A stretch of DNA of 63,644 bases from Campylobacterales bacterium (GTDB lineage Bacteria; Campylobacterota; Campylobacteria; Campylobacterales; QNZT01), in NCBI GenBank assembly GCA_016744895.1, contig JADGDK010000002.1, forward strand, positions 1 to 63,644, written 5' to 3'. The notes beneath the pieces are model-generated. The model saw nothing but the letters and a program-made list of their open reading frames with translations, was not told where the DNA came from and made no database searches. How positions within the stretch are numbered: the first letter of the stretch is position 1; every line of letters begins with the position of its first letter. Below, piece by piece: positions 1 through 10,901 of the stretch. The position numbers and the translations under genes are program-made.

Positions 1-1152
1 GTATGGATACTTCAGTCCACCAGTTTTTGTAGCCATGGCAATTGTAATTGCTGTAGCACTAGTACCATCTTTTTTGACTGCATACATTTCACTATCTGTT
101 GGACCATAGATAACCATATCATTTGTAAAGGCACGAATTCTATCTGTTTTGCCATTTGAAGAGATATATTTGTGGTCTCCTGTTGTGATATTATATCGTG
201 AAATATTGTGACTTGCATCTATAAAATAGATACTATCTCCACTAAAATAATAACTACTTGCTGCGGCACGAATTGCTTTAGTTGCTACTGTACCATCCAT
301 AGGTGTTGCAATGCCAACTACAAGTTCATTAAGAGTACCAGTTGCTTTGTCTAATTTATAAAAATGTCCATCAACATCAAAAGCACTTTGTGTCGTACCT
401 CCAATATCACCAATAAACTTATATTTTGAAGTAACCTCTTTGATATTTGTACATGTTAAATCAAGTGTACATTTTTGAATTTGCTTTGTGCTATTACCTG
501 ATGCATTTGAGTCATAAACGATATAACCATCTGTTGCTGCCCCAAAAGAAGCATAAGAGAGTGCAAGTAATTTTTTATTCTCAAATGCCAATGCTGTATC
601 AGTTGCTGACATGTCTGGTGTTATAAGGATAGAATCTCCAGCTGCATTTTTAGCACTCATATACTGCTTTGATCCTAAATAGTCAATTTTTGTGTAACTT
701 GGACTACTTATATTTGTATCTGTACTATGGGCAATAGCTACAGGGGTAGTTGTGCCTTTTACCATAGATATTTGATATGGATTGTTTCCGGAGACATAGC
801 CTAGTGTATTTACATGAAGATTTTTATAGCTATTTGTACTTGCGTTATATTCCAAACTTGTAGAAAGAACTGGATAGCTTACATTTGTTGTATCATCATT
901 TGATAATACTAAAGTATCTGGACTATTTGGATCAACAACCCTAGCATTTTTTAATGATCCTAATGCAGAATGTTTTGTGTTTCCATAAAATAGATAACTT
1001 TGCGTTCCTTCTGTTTGAGGTATTAGCTTGATAACTTTTTCATTATCACCACTATTTATGTTTCCGTCACTACTTACATCATCATTGCCACAGCCTACAA
1101 ATAACAGTGCTGTAAAAACAGCAACCGATAATCTTAATTTACTCTTTATCAT
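1..1152 (-). CDS. Lipoprotein of unknown function, partial (runs off left edge; absent from ORF track)
   Basis: ATG at 1152 with AAGGAG RBS; translates MIKSKLRLSVAVFTALLFVGCGNDD (lipobox LFVGC); the same frame is open at the window edge (...ATKTGGLKYPY); I read both ends, not every internal codon. Confidence 0.8.
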   Translation of the reverse strand, partial: MIKSKLRLSVAVFTALLFVGCGNDDVSSDGNINSGDNEKVIKLIPQTEGTQSYLFYGNTKHSALGSLKNARVVDPNSPDTLVLSNDDTTNVSYPVLSTSLEYNASTNSYKNLHVNTLGYVSGNNPYQISMVKGTTTPVAIAHSTDTNISSPSYTKIDYLGSKQYMSAKNAAGDSILITPDMSATDTALAFENKKLLALSYASFGAATDGYIVYDSNASGNSTKQIQKCTLDLTCTNIKEVTSKYKFIGDIGGTTQSAFDVDGHFYKLDKATGTLNELVVGIATPMDGTVATKAIRAAASSYYFSGDSIYFIDASHNISRYNITTGDHKYISSNGKTDRIRAFTNDMVIYGPTDSEMYAVKKDGTSATAITIAMATKTGGLKYPY

Positions 1153-1221
1153 ACTCGCTCCTTTGTTTTGAGTATCACAATATAACCAAGGTCTGTTAAT
1201 TTAGTATATAATAAGTTTTTC

Positions 1222-1890
1222 TTATGTAATTAGTTTGTAGCCAATACCTTTGTGATTGATTATTTTTCCTTTCCCAATACGTTGCCTCAATTGTGCTATA
1301 TAGGCTCTTATTGCATTTTCACTTGGAACTTGTGAAGGACTCCAAAGTCTGTTTGTAATTGTTTCTAATGTAATGATTTGGTTCTTGTATTCTAAAAAGA
1401 GTTCCAGTAAAAATATAGATTTAAGTTGGAGTTTTGCATCTGTGCCATGATGATAAACTTTTCGCTGTGAAAAGCAGTAATAACAATAGTCATTAAAGTA
1501 TACTTTTTCTTTAAAATGTCCCACTCTTTTAAGAAGTGTTTTGATCCTACATGCTAATTCATCCAAATCACAAGGCTTTTTTACATAGTCATCACAACCA
1601 CAAATAAATGCATTTTTTAAAGTTTTTATATCTTTATAGGAGGTCAGAAAAATAGCAGGTATATTGTCACCACTTTGGCGTAAACTTTTTAAAAGCTCCA
1701 TGCCATTTATATGAGGTACATTGATGTCAAGAAGATAGAGATCATATCTATTTTTATAATGTTTTTTAAGTGCCTCTTCTCCATCGTTTACAATGTCAAT
1801 ATGATAGTCATGCGTACTTAGAAAATCTTCTAAAGTATTTGCAAAAAGTACATCATCTTCTAAAAGTAGGATTTTTCTTTGATTTATCAT
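1222..1890 (-). CDS. OmpR/PhoB-family DNA-binding response regulator (orphan)
   Basis: ILLLEDD, LLDINVP phospho-Asp, GCDDYVKKP, C-terminal winged helix ending GIGYKL; start uncertain (1890 vs 1917). Confidence 0.9.
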   Translation of the reverse strand: MINQRKILLLEDDVLFANTLEDFLSTHDYHIDIVNDGEEALKKHYKNRYDLYLLDINVPHINGMELLKSLRQSGDNIPAIFLTSYKDIKTLKNAFICGCDDYVKKPCDLDELACRIKTLLKRVGHFKEKVYFNDYCYYCFSQRKVYHHGTDAKLQLKSIFLLELFLEYKNQIITLETITNRLWSPSQVPSENAIRAYIAQLRQRIGKGKIINHKGIGYKLIT

Positions 1891-1898
1891 TTGAGTAT

Positions 1899-1926
1899 AT
1901 CCATAGCATTTAGTCATGCTATGGAT
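1899..1926 (-). terminator. Hairpin after TonB receptor
   Basis: ATCCATAGCAT / ATGCTATGGAT perfect 11-bp inverted repeat just downstream of the receptor stop. Confidence 0.6.
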
Positions 1927-1934
1927 TTATTTGT

Positions 1935-4019
1935 CTAGAATTTATAAGAAGCGTTTAGATAAAAATATCGTCCAGGCTCATTAAGTAACATAACATCATC
2001 AACAGCAGTTCCAGCCGCAGTACCTGTTGTAATAAGTGTTAAATCTCTATAAGTATTTGTTGTTGCATAGGCCTCATCCAAAATGTTATCCACACCAAAT
2101 GTAAGCCCGATACCATTTGAAAACTCTTTGTTTACTTTTAGATTTAAAACTGTATATCCATCAAGTGCTTGTTCACCATTGTCTGCATCATAATCATCCC
2201 AATCCGCTACTGCAACCATATCTAGTTTTGCACTAAGAGAGTGATCATAATCATATCCTATACCAATATTTGCTTTTAGAGGATTGATCTCCGCTAAATC
2301 TGTGTCAGTTTGTCTCGCTATTGGATCATCCTTTTCACCTTTTTTATAAGCAATACCATAATCCATATAGAGGCTGTCAGTAGCTAAGTATGCACCACTT
2401 ACTTCTGCACCATAAATTGTTGCATCGATGTTTTCAAAAACATTTACAGCTGGTGATTTTGAACCATTAAAGTAGATGTAGTCTTTTAACATACTATAAA
2501 AGATTTTTGTTTTGATACTAAAACTATCATATACTTTTTCAAAACCTAGGTCTATTTCATAATTTGTAGTTTGATCAAGCGTAGGAGTACCCACTAATGT
2601 TGTAGCACTAGATGAACCTGATGACATAAAATATAATTCTCTAGGATCTGGAACCCTTGAAGATTTACCAATTCCTGCAAAATATCTTAAGCTATCACTA
2701 GCATTGATTGTTGCAAAAACATTTGCATTTACAGAACTATAATCATTATTTTGAGCAGATCCACCATTCTCTACTTCAGTATCATCAAATCTAGCTCCAA
2801 AGTCTAAATCAACACTATTGATTTTTGAACTTGTTTTAAGAAAAATTGCTTTGTTTACACTTTCAGCATCATGAAGACTTCTTTTGATTTGACCTTGAGA
2901 GTCTCCACCTGGAAATCTCATATAGTCTCCACCAACAGATTTGTAGTACTGACCATCCCAGTTTCTAGTGCTTGTATCTAAACCAACTGTTACATAAGTG
3001 TTTGAGATGTCAAAACTATTTTTAAGTTTGTATCCTTTCATCTCTGTTGTTAAATGGTTTGTGATATCCCCAAAAGGTTGACCATTTGCAGGATTTGTAG
3101 CGACTGCTTTTTTTCTATATATGATGCTCATTGGGTGATCAACTTGTGAATTATAAGCTTGGAAATTAAGTGCTTTAGAGTATGTACCGATATTTCTGAT
3201 TTCATACTCTACATTAATGATATCTGAATCATCCCATACTGCATCCATTTTTGAAGAGGGATAAAGTACATTATCACTTCTGCTTCCTGTATAGCTTACT
3301 TTGATATCTTGATCATCTGAGATATGTCCAAAGATTTTTGCCATGAAAGTTGTCTTCTCAAATGCATCCATATCTTCATATTTTGGTTGAAATTGTATCC
3401 CTTTACTTGTTGTTCCTGTTGTAGCGTTTATAAGTTGCTGGGCAAAATTATCTCCATTGCCATCTTCATATTGTTCACCTTTCTCTTTTGCTATTGTAAA
3501 AAGTGCTTTAATATCTTCATTTCCACCATGCAGTGTAAGTGAACCTTTTTGATATCCAAAACTACCAGCATTGAGATTGATCTCTCCACCAAAATCACTT
3601 TGAGGCTCTTTTGTAGTAATATTTACAAGTCCACTGAGGGTTCCAAAGTGTTCTACATCAAATGGTCCCTCTTTGATTTCAACATTTTCAACGATATGCG
3701 TTGCAACGTGTGAAGTTGGTGGATCCATTCTATTTACACATGCTCCACATACTTTTGTACCATCAATAATAATATTGATATTATCTCTTTTTTGACCTCT
3801 TAAGATGATGTCATTTGCAATTCCACTTCTTCTAACTAATGATGCGCTTGGTACATTTTTTACAAGAGCTTCTGCAAGATCAGCAGACTTTAATTCTTCT
3901 GAACCTACATTTTTTACTGTTACTGTATTGATCTGTTCTTCAACAACTACTTTATCTAAGTCTGCACTCTGCACTAAAGTTGCAACACTTAGTGATAAAA
4001 ATATCATTCTTTTTCTCAT
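1935..4019 (-). CDS. TonB-dependent receptor, OprC/NosA-like copper receptor
   Basis: Signal peptide, plug motifs, GACVNRMDPP (CxxxM) plus DHPM (HxM) matching the OprC copper site, C-terminal EPGR...YKF. Confidence 0.85.
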   Translation of the reverse strand: MRKRMIFLSLSVATLVQSADLDKVVVEEQINTVTVKNVGSEELKSADLAEALVKNVPSASLVRRSGIANDIILRGQKRDNINIIIDGTKVCGACVNRMDPPTSHVATHIVENVEIKEGPFDVEHFGTLSGLVNITTKEPQSDFGGEINLNAGSFGYQKGSLTLHGGNEDIKALFTIAKEKGEQYEDGNGDNFAQQLINATTGTTSKGIQFQPKYEDMDAFEKTTFMAKIFGHISDDQDIKVSYTGSRSDNVLYPSSKMDAVWDDSDIINVEYEIRNIGTYSKALNFQAYNSQVDHPMSIIYRKKAVATNPANGQPFGDITNHLTTEMKGYKLKNSFDISNTYVTVGLDTSTRNWDGQYYKSVGGDYMRFPGGDSQGQIKRSLHDAESVNKAIFLKTSSKINSVDLDFGARFDDTEVENGGSAQNNDYSSVNANVFATINASDSLRYFAGIGKSSRVPDPRELYFMSSGSSSATTLVGTPTLDQTTNYEIDLGFEKVYDSFSIKTKIFYSMLKDYIYFNGSKSPAVNVFENIDATIYGAEVSGAYLATDSLYMDYGIAYKKGEKDDPIARQTDTDLAEINPLKANIGIGYDYDHSLSAKLDMVAVADWDDYDADNGEQALDGYTVLNLKVNKEFSNGIGLTFGVDNILDEAYATTNTYRDLTLITTGTAAGTAVDDVMLLNEPGRYFYLNASYKF

Positions 4020-4134
4020 CCTGTTTAATCCTCCTAAAGATTTGGTGTATTTTAATATTCACGTGTTAATTATTTGTTAAATTTTAACCCCCTTTTTTGT
4101 AAGATGTAAAATTAATTTTAAAAGAGGAAATAAA

Positions 4135-4992
4135 GTGCAAAAAATATTAAAGATTCTACATAACTTAAATGAATTAGTTATGTTTAAGCATTCTATCTTT
4201 TCACTACCATTTATTTTTATAGCTATGATCGTTTCTGCTAATGGATGGTTTGGATGGAAACTCTTTGTACTTGGTATTTTAGCAGCTGTGAGTGCAAGAA
4301 ATTTTGCTATGGGATACAATCGATATGCTGATATTGATATTGACAAAGATAACCCAAGAACAGCAAATAGACCAAGTGTTGATGGTCGTTTAAATAAAAA
4401 TACGATACTTGCATTTACAATTATAAACGCTTTGATTTTTATCGTAGTAGCTTATTTTATCAATGATCTTGCCTTTTGGCTCTCTTTTCCTATATTAGTC
4501 ATTTTAGGAGGCTATTCACTTTTTAAAAGATTTTCCTCTTTTGCACATCTTATCCTTGGAGTCTCTTTAGGGCTAGCACCAATAGCAGGTGTGGTTGCAG
4601 TTGAAGGACAAATTACTCTTTGGTCCCTATTTTTAGCTATTGGTGTTATGTTTTGGGTGGCTGGGTTTGATCTTTTGTATTCACTTCAAGACATAGAGTA
4701 TGATAAAGAGGTGGAGCTTCACTCTATCCCTTCTATTTATGGTTCAAAATGTACGCTGTTTCTTTCAAAAATCTTTCATGGACTTACAATTTTATTTTGG
4801 CTCTTTTTTGCATATACGTCACATAGTGGTTTTTGGATTTATTTAGCAATTATCGCTTCTGCAATTATTTTATTTTATGAACATGTGATTGTAAACAGAG
4901 ATTTTACGAAAATAGATAAAGTTTTTTTTACTCTTAATGGTTATCTAGGTATAATGTTTTTAATTTTCGTAATCATTGATAAGGTTATCTGA
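4135..4992 (+). CDS. mqnP: UbiA-family menaquinone (futalosine pathway) prenyltransferase
   Basis: HSIFSLPF, NRYADIDIDKDNPRTANRP, YSLQDIEYD motifs; multi-TM; GTG start. Confidence 0.9.
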   Translation: MQKILKILHNLNELVMFKHSIFSLPFIFIAMIVSANGWFGWKLFVLGILAAVSARNFAMGYNRYADIDIDKDNPRTANRPSVDGRLNKNTILAFTIINALIFIVVAYFINDLAFWLSFPILVILGGYSLFKRFSSFAHLILGVSLGLAPIAGVVAVEGQITLWSLFLAIGVMFWVAGFDLLYSLQDIEYDKEVELHSIPSIYGSKCTLFLSKIFHGLTILFWLFFAYTSHSGFWIYLAIIASAIILFYEHVIVNRDFTKIDKVFFTLNGYLGIMFLIFVIIDKVI

Positions 4993-4994
4993 AC

Positions 4995-5516
4995 ATGGAT
5001 ATTAGATTCGTTGCAACTTCTTTAGATATACATTTACAACTTCTCGACGGATCGTCTGATGAGTTATTTCGAAAAGAGTATCGTGTATTATCTGATTTTG
5101 AAGAAGATGCTGTGGGTCAGTGGCTCAAACTTGCAAAAGCACGAGGAGAAACATCAGATAGTGATGATGTGCTTTTAAAACTTATAGTTGAACTGCATAA
5201 AAAAGTTGATGTATTAACTGCTCTTATTAAAAAAGAAGAACGGCAACTTTTACAACTTGAAATTGATAGTAAAATTTGTGAAATTGGATTTGATCACATT
5301 AAATTAGAAGAGGGTATATTTCAAAAAGATAGAGAGTATTATTGTCGTATTGATATGCCTGTTTTTCCAAAGAGAGAGATGCCTATATTTATCAAAGGGC
5401 TTGATAACAATATTGCGCAAATTGTTTTGATGCATGAGGCAGATCAAAAAGATTGGAATGCTTATGTCACAGCACGTGAGCGTATCATGATACGAGAGAT
5501 GAGAACCCAGACATGA
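4995..5516 (+). CDS. Conserved Campylobacterota hypothetical protein
   Basis: Operonic after mqnP; LLKLIVELHKKVD and ARERIMIR motifs; syntenic position. Confidence 0.7.
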   Translation: MDIRFVATSLDIHLQLLDGSSDELFRKEYRVLSDFEEDAVGQWLKLAKARGETSDSDDVLLKLIVELHKKVDVLTALIKKEERQLLQLEIDSKICEIGFDHIKLEEGIFQKDREYYCRIDMPVFPKREMPIFIKGLDNNIAQIVLMHEADQKDWNAYVTARERIMIREMRTQT

Positions 5517-6028
5517 TTATAGAGATGATTGCTTTTATCGCTTTTGCTATTGTTTTAATATTGCTTATCATCTATTTTTATTATAGAGATAAGGGGATTG
5601 TTAAACAGTTAGAATTGTATGAGATGGCTATTGATGATCTTAATGTAAGGCTACATAAAGTAGAAGATAGAGACGATATAAGTAACAAGACAGATCATAT
5701 TCCAAACTTTACTAATGAACTAGACAAAATTGAAGAAAATTTAACGGGAAAACTTGACGAGTTAAGTGACCCTCTTTTGAAAACCATAAGAGCGATCAAA
5801 GATATGGAAGCTGAGATCAAAAGAATTGATGATAGTGTCAATGAACGTATCAATAAACTAGAATCAAATACCAAACTCTCTTCGATGTCAAATAGCGCAA
5901 AATTAATCAATGAAAAAGCAATAGTAGATCTTTATAAGGCAGGGTATAGTGCTGAAGAAATTGCTAAAAGAGAGAGAACTCCTATTGGTGAAGTAGAATT
6001 GATTTTAAGGATTGCAAATCTTAGATAG
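5513..6028 (+). CDS. Single-TM coiled-coil protein with C-terminal HTH-like motif (DUF6115/DUF2802-like)
   Basis: N-terminal TM, coiled coil, GYSAEEIAKRERTPIGEVELIL. Confidence 0.7.
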   Translation: MIIEMIAFIAFAIVLILLIIYFYYRDKGIVKQLELYEMAIDDLNVRLHKVEDRDDISNKTDHIPNFTNELDKIEENLTGKLDELSDPLLKTIRAIKDMEAEIKRIDDSVNERINKLESNTKLSSMSNSAKLINEKAIVDLYKAGYSAEEIAKRERTPIGEVELILRIANLR

Positions 6029-6725
6029 CGTACACCCCTCTTGGCGAGAGATTTTACAAAATGCTTTGAATGCATTAGATGCAGATTATTTAGAGTTCTT
6101 ACAAAATGATACAACCTATTTTCCAGATAAAGAAAACTTCCTTAATACCTTTAAAACACTCTCCTTAGATGATACAAAATATATTCTCTTTGGACAGGAT
6201 CCTTATCCACGATATGAGAGTGCTATTGGATATGCTTTTATCGATGGAAAAGTAGAATCTCTTTTTAGTGAAAATGGTCTCTCTAAAGAAGTAAATCGAG
6301 CAACAAGTCTTAGAAATTTCATGAAAATGGCTTTTGTCTGTGAAAATGAACTCAAAGATGATTTTTCAAAAGAAGCAGTTGCAACCATTGACAAAACGCC
6401 TTATATTAAAAGTATCTATCAATTAAAAGATAACTTTGAAAAAAATGGTGTCCTTCTTTTAAACATGGCTTTGGTCTTTACTGCCAAAGAGGACTCGAAA
6501 AAACATGTTAAAGCTTGGAATGTTTTTATCAAAGCACTCTTAAAAGGTTTGAAATCAAAAGATATAGACTTGATTCTATTTGGAAAGATGGCTGAGGTTT
6601 TAGAGAAAGTAGAAGAGGCACAAAGTTTTACAAAACATACAATGCCTCATCCTTATAATATTAGTTTTATTACCGATCAAAATGCGCATAGACTTTTCAA
6701 GCCTATGCACTTATTGGCTTTTTAA
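6012..6725 (+). CDS. ung: Uracil-DNA glycosylase (family 1-like)
   Basis: VHPSW, GQDPYP, GVLLLN, HPYN motifs; TTG start. Confidence 0.85.
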   Translation: MQILDSVHPSWREILQNALNALDADYLEFLQNDTTYFPDKENFLNTFKTLSLDDTKYILFGQDPYPRYESAIGYAFIDGKVESLFSENGLSKEVNRATSLRNFMKMAFVCENELKDDFSKEAVATIDKTPYIKSIYQLKDNFEKNGVLLLNMALVFTAKEDSKKHVKAWNVFIKALLKGLKSKDIDLILFGKMAEVLEKVEEAQSFTKHTMPHPYNISFITDQNAHRLFKPMHLLAF

Positions 6726-8004
6726 GTTTTTCGTCAACCATTGCATCTAAAAGTTTAAAAAGCATTGCACTAGATTCTTCCATTTTTGTAAAATTTTCGA
6801 TTAAAAGATTTAGTCTATTACTGTTTATACCATTATCTATTACATCTTGGATATTTTTATTGGCATAAAAATGTACTTTTTGATGTGGTATATCTATATC
6901 TTTAAATTGTTTTAGATCATCAAGTGCATCTTTACCCTCATTTGCATACCATTGACCTAATCTACAGCTAGTATGATCTCCAGATATTAGTTTAGGTTGG
7001 GTATTTAGCGTTTCTCTATAGGCATTTGACTTAAAAGAGATATGATCAGCCTTGATTAATGATACAAAGTTTGAAAGTTCTAGCGCATAAGAGAAGTGTG
7101 CTGTTTGTTGCGCCATGCTATTGAGCTCTTCCAAAGCGTTTTGAAACTCTGATACGGTATCTCCAGATTCAACGGTTATTGTATTGATCTCTTCGGAGTT
7201 TGTTTGGATTTGATTTGTCTCTTGTTGGAGTGTTTGTATTGTGATTGAGATCTCGGAGGTTGCTTTTTGGGTGCGTTCTGCTAGTTTTCTTACTTCATCA
7301 GCAACAACTGCAAATCCTCGACCATGCTCGCCTGCTCTGGCGGCTTCAATTGCTGCATTTAGCGCAAGGAGATTGGTTTGGTCTGCAATATCTTTGATAA
7401 GATTTACAACTGATGTGATTTCATTTGCTCTTTCATTCAGTGAGTTGATGGCATGAGTGACATTGGTTATTAGGTCAGCTAAATTATTAATTTTTTCAGA
7501 TAATTTCTCTGTTTTTTCTAGACTAGCATTTGATTTTTGGGCAGTAATGTTTGCGATACTACTAATCTCTTTCATATGTTCTGTTGTATCATGAACACTG
7601 TTTCTCATTGTAGAAATTCCATACTGTATACCACCACCAATATCTGCAAATTTTACTCTTAACTCTCCTTTAATTTTGCCATCAGCTGCTTCGGTTATTG
7701 CATGTACACCTTTTGCTATATGTGCGCAATTAGTTTTAAATTCACCTTTAAGTCCTGCACATTGAAGATTTCGATGAGTGTTTCCTTCTGAAGCTTGTTC
7801 TATTGAAGTGGCAGATTCTCTCATGAGTGCTTCTACTTGGTCTAGCATATTGTTGATATTCCAAGCAGACTTTGCCAAAGGGTCTTTTGGGTCAACTCCT
7901 GTGATCCTAGACTCTAGTTTTCCTTGTGATGCATCATAAGTTATTTTTTCTATTTTTAAAGCTAAAGTTGATTTAGTTTTGGATTTTTGCAATAAACTCA
8001 TCAT
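6703..8004 (-). CDS. Soluble methyl-accepting chemotaxis protein, HAMP-MA-CZB
   Basis: [38 protein letters not shown] signalling tip; no TM; C-terminal [20 protein letters not shown] zinc-binding CZB residues. Confidence 0.92.
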   Translation of the reverse strand: MMSLLQKSKTKSTLALKIEKITYDASQGKLESRITGVDPKDPLAKSAWNINNMLDQVEALMRESATSIEQASEGNTHRNLQCAGLKGEFKTNCAHIAKGVHAITEAADGKIKGELRVKFADIGGGIQYGISTMRNSVHDTTEHMKEISSIANITAQKSNASLEKTEKLSEKINNLADLITNVTHAINSLNERANEITSVVNLIKDIADQTNLLALNAAIEAARAGEHGRGFAVVADEVRKLAERTQKATSEISITIQTLQQETNQIQTNSEEINTITVESGDTVSEFQNALEELNSMAQQTAHFSYALELSNFVSLIKADHISFKSNAYRETLNTQPKLISGDHTSCRLGQWYANEGKDALDDLKQFKDIDIPHQKVHFYANKNIQDVIDNGINSNRLNLLIENFTKMEESSAMLFKLLDAMVDEKLKKPISA

Positions 8005-8482
8005 AAGAAACCCCTTCTTCTTTTAATACATTTGTTAAATAGTCCATAGAAACATTGATACCGTTATTTTTCTCTAATCTTAACATCTCAGCATATAGTG
8101 GTTTGATAGTCTCTATTGCTTTTGGATTTGGTTTTCTTCTGACAGAATAGTAACCGATGATTTTGCCGTTGTCGTCATACGAAGCTGTCACATTGGCAAA
8201 TACCCAGTAAAAACCACAATCAGCTGATAGGTTTTTTACATAAGCAAATATTTCTTCTTTGTTTTGGACTCTGTCCCAAAGAAGTTTAAAGATAGCTTTT
8301 GGCATGTTTGGATGTCTGACAATCTTATGAGATTTTCCTAAAAGCTCCTCTTCTGTCATCATAGCCATATCCATAAATATCTCATTACAATAGGTAATTT
8401 TTCCAGATGTATCAGTTTTTGAGATGATAAAATCTTCTTCTTTCATAACTCTTTCATGATTGTTTGGCTTCGGCGCACTCAC
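7973..8482 (-). CDS. Stand-alone Aer-type PAS protein (CetB-like)
   Basis: [44 protein letters not shown]; GTG at 8482 behind AAGGAG; overlaps MCP start. Confidence 0.9.
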   Translation of the reverse strand: MSAPKPNNHERVMKEEDFIISKTDTSGKITYCNEIFMDMAMMTEEELLGKSHKIVRHPNMPKAIFKLLWDRVQNKEEIFAYVKNLSADCGFYWVFANVTASYDDNGKIIGYYSVRRKPNPKAIETIKPLYAEMLRLEKNNGINVSMDYLTNVLKEEGVSYDEFIAKIQN

Positions 8483-8513
8483 ATTAATCTCCTTAGTTAA
8501 ATACTTTGCTATA

Positions 8514-8540
8514 ATATCGGACAAAAATTATTCTTTTTTA
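8514..8540 (-). promoter_or_regulatory. Sigma28 (FliA)-type promoter of PAS-MCP operon
   Basis: TAAA-N15-TCCGATAT on minus strand, canonical spacing, upstream of a chemoreceptor. Confidence 0.75.
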
Positions 8541-8555
8541 GGGATGGGAAAATAT

Positions 8556-9521
8556 ATGTTGATAGATGGACATGGGAGAAGTGTAAACTACCTTAGGGTT
8601 TCAGTAACCGAACGATGTAATTTTAGATGTCAGTACTGCATGCCAGATAAGCCTTTTTCATGGGCTCCAAGAGAGAACTTACTCTCATTTGAAGATCTTT
8701 TTTTGTTTATCAAAGCAGCAATTGATGAAGGCATAGACAAGATCAGAATCACTGGTGGAGAACCGCTTTTAAGAACAGATTTGGATGGTTTTATCAAGAT
8801 GATCAGTGATTATAAGAATGATATTGATTTAGCATTGACTACAAATGGTTATCTTTTACCACAAACTGCTCAAAAATTAAAAGATGCAGGATTAAATAGA
8901 CTTAATATCTCACTAGATTCTTTGAAGCCTGAAGTAGCACATCAAATTGCACAAAAAGATGTCTTAAAAGATGTCTTAAAAGGAATTGAAAAAGCATTAG
9001 AAGTAGGGCTCAAAGTAAAGATTAATATGGTTCCATTAAGAGGGATAAATGATAGAGAAATTGTTGATATTTTGGACTTTTGTAAAGCCAGAAATATTGA
9101 AGTAAGATTTATCGAGTATATGGAAAATGCTTTAGCAAAAGATGAACTCAAAGGGCTTTTAGGTAAAGAGATATTAGATCGTGTCAAAGAAAAATATACG
9201 ATTACAAAAGTAGGTCGTGAGGGGGCAAGTCCATCATTTTCTTATCATACCGAGGATAGATATAAGTTTGGTTTAATTGATCCTCACAAGCATGATTTTT
9301 GCGAAGATTGCAATCGTATTCGGCTCACAGCAGAGGGGAACCTCATACCATGTCTTTATTTTGATGAGGCGATGAGTATCAAAGATGCTGTTCAAAGTGG
9401 AGATGTACCTAAAGCAGTTGAGATTTTAAGAACAGTTCTTAAAGATAAACCAAAAGAGAATCGCTGGAATGATGAAGATAGCGAAACTTCTAGTAGAGCT
9501 TTTTATGAGACTGGTGGTTGA
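8556..9521 (+). CDS. moaA: GTP 3',8-cyclase
   Basis: CNFRCQYC radical SAM motif, C-terminal [11 protein letters not shown], terminal GG; start MLIDGHGR at 8556. Confidence 0.96.
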   Translation: MLIDGHGRSVNYLRVSVTERCNFRCQYCMPDKPFSWAPRENLLSFEDLFLFIKAAIDEGIDKIRITGGEPLLRTDLDGFIKMISDYKNDIDLALTTNGYLLPQTAQKLKDAGLNRLNISLDSLKPEVAHQIAQKDVLKDVLKGIEKALEVGLKVKINMVPLRGINDREIVDILDFCKARNIEVRFIEYMENALAKDELKGLLGKEILDRVKEKYTITKVGREGASPSFSYHTEDRYKFGLIDPHKHDFCEDCNRIRLTAEGNLIPCLYFDEAMSIKDAVQSGDVPKAVEILRTVLKDKPKENRWNDEDSETSSRAFYETGG

Positions 9522-10246
9522 TGCTTCCACTGGTTGAATCGTTTTATTCATTTCAGGGTGAAGGAAGATTTGTTGGGACCCCTTCAATTTTTGTAAGACT
9601 TGGCGGTTGCAATCTTGGTTGTGTAGGATTTGGAGTAACAATAGATGGACATGTTGGATGTGATTCTCTCAAAGCAGTCAATCAAGAGCATTTTGGACAT
9701 ACCTGGGACAAAGTTAATGATCTTATCCCTATCATAAATGAGTATTTACAAGATTTAGATTTTTGTCCAGATATCGTTTTCACAGGTGGAGAGCCACTTC
9801 TTCATTATCAAAATCCGATACTTTTAAGTGCACTTTCTCATTTTCATAAGCATCGAATTACATTCGAGACCAACGCCACTATCGAGATAGATTTTGAAAA
9901 GTATCCTGTCTATAAAGATATCACATTTGCTATGAGTGTAAAGCTAGAAAATAGTGGTGAATTAAAATCAAAACGTATTCAGTATGAGGCGATACGAGCT
10001 ATTATCGTAAATACACAATATTCATTTTTTAAATTTGTCTTAAGTAAAAATGATATAGATACAAAAGAGATAGAAGAGATAACAAAACCTTTCAATGATA
10101 CTAAGATTTATTGTATGCCGATGGGAAGTACAGCCAAAAAATTAGCACAAAACGATAAAGCTGTTGCCAACTTTTGTATAAAAAAAGGTTATAATTATGT
10201 TGATCGCATGCATATACGATTGTGGGATAACGAGGAGGGTAGATAG
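9521..10246 (+). CDS. queE: 7-carboxy-7-deazaguanine synthase
   Basis: ESFYSFQGEG, FVRLGGCNLGC...GCDS, TGGEP, ETN; TGATG overlap with moaA. Confidence 0.92.
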   Translation: MLPLVESFYSFQGEGRFVGTPSIFVRLGGCNLGCVGFGVTIDGHVGCDSLKAVNQEHFGHTWDKVNDLIPIINEYLQDLDFCPDIVFTGGEPLLHYQNPILLSALSHFHKHRITFETNATIEIDFEKYPVYKDITFAMSVKLENSGELKSKRIQYEAIRAIIVNTQYSFFKFVLSKNDIDTKEIEEITKPFNDTKIYCMPMGSTAKKLAQNDKAVANFCIKKGYNYVDRMHIRLWDNEEGR

Positions 10247-10248
10247 TT

Positions 10249-10830
10249 ATGATTATACGTAAGTTATTTAAATTTGAAAATGCTCATGTCGTACGTGGTT
10301 GTACCAGTGAGCGATGTAAATATAGTATCCATGGACACTCTTATAAAATAGAAGTTTTGTTTGAATCAAACTATTTAGATCACGGACAGATGGTTTATGA
10401 TTTTGGCTTGACAAAGCTTATGATCAAAGAATTAATCGATTCTTTTGACCATGCAACCGCACTTTGGAATAAAGATGACAAGGATTATTTAGAATCCATC
10501 AAAAAACATAGCTTTCGATGGGTAAGTCTTCCTGTATCTCCTTCTGCAGAACAGTTTTCAAGAATTATATTTTTGATGGTAGATAAATTGCTATCACAAA
10601 CCCAAATGGCAAATGGTGAAAAAGAGGTTCAAGTTCATAGTGTTATTGTTCATGAGACTGATACAGGTTACGCTCAAGGATTTCGAGACGATGCCTATAG
10701 TAAACTGATGGGAGAGATCAATCTTTCAGATATTATTTTTTCACAGCAAGTCAAAGATGAGTGGAGTGATCCATTGATGTGGGATAAACTTTTAGAGAAT
10801 AAGATATTTATAAACCCAGCTCCTAAATAA
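10249..10830 (+). CDS. queD: 6-carboxytetrahydropterin synthase
   Basis: FENAHVVR, C..SIHGHSY, DF, PSAE, HETDT motifs. Confidence 0.9.
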   Translation: MIIRKLFKFENAHVVRGCTSERCKYSIHGHSYKIEVLFESNYLDHGQMVYDFGLTKLMIKELIDSFDHATALWNKDDKDYLESIKKHSFRWVSLPVSPSAEQFSRIIFLMVDKLLSQTQMANGEKEVQVHSVIVHETDTGYAQGFRDDAYSKLMGEINLSDIIFSQQVKDEWSDPLMWDKLLENKIFINPAPK

Positions 10831-10901
10831 AACACTTTCAACTCATTTTAATTATTAAGATGTAAAATAGAGTTACTTTAATTTTAAGGAGAAGGAATAT
10901 A

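Noticed and set aside
12-218. 68-aa ORF-track ORF on minus strand
   Set aside because: Out-of-frame shadow inside the long partial lipoprotein ORF (1-1152)
7973-8004. PAS/MCP overlap as a frameshifted single Aer gene
   Set aside because: The MCP has its own AAGGGG RBS and ATG, and split PAS + MCP is a known arrangement (CetB/CetA)
8954-8982. 12-bp tandem repeat AAAAGATGTCTT in moaA
   Set aside because: In-frame KDVLKDVL helix in a normal-length protein; no sign of phase variation
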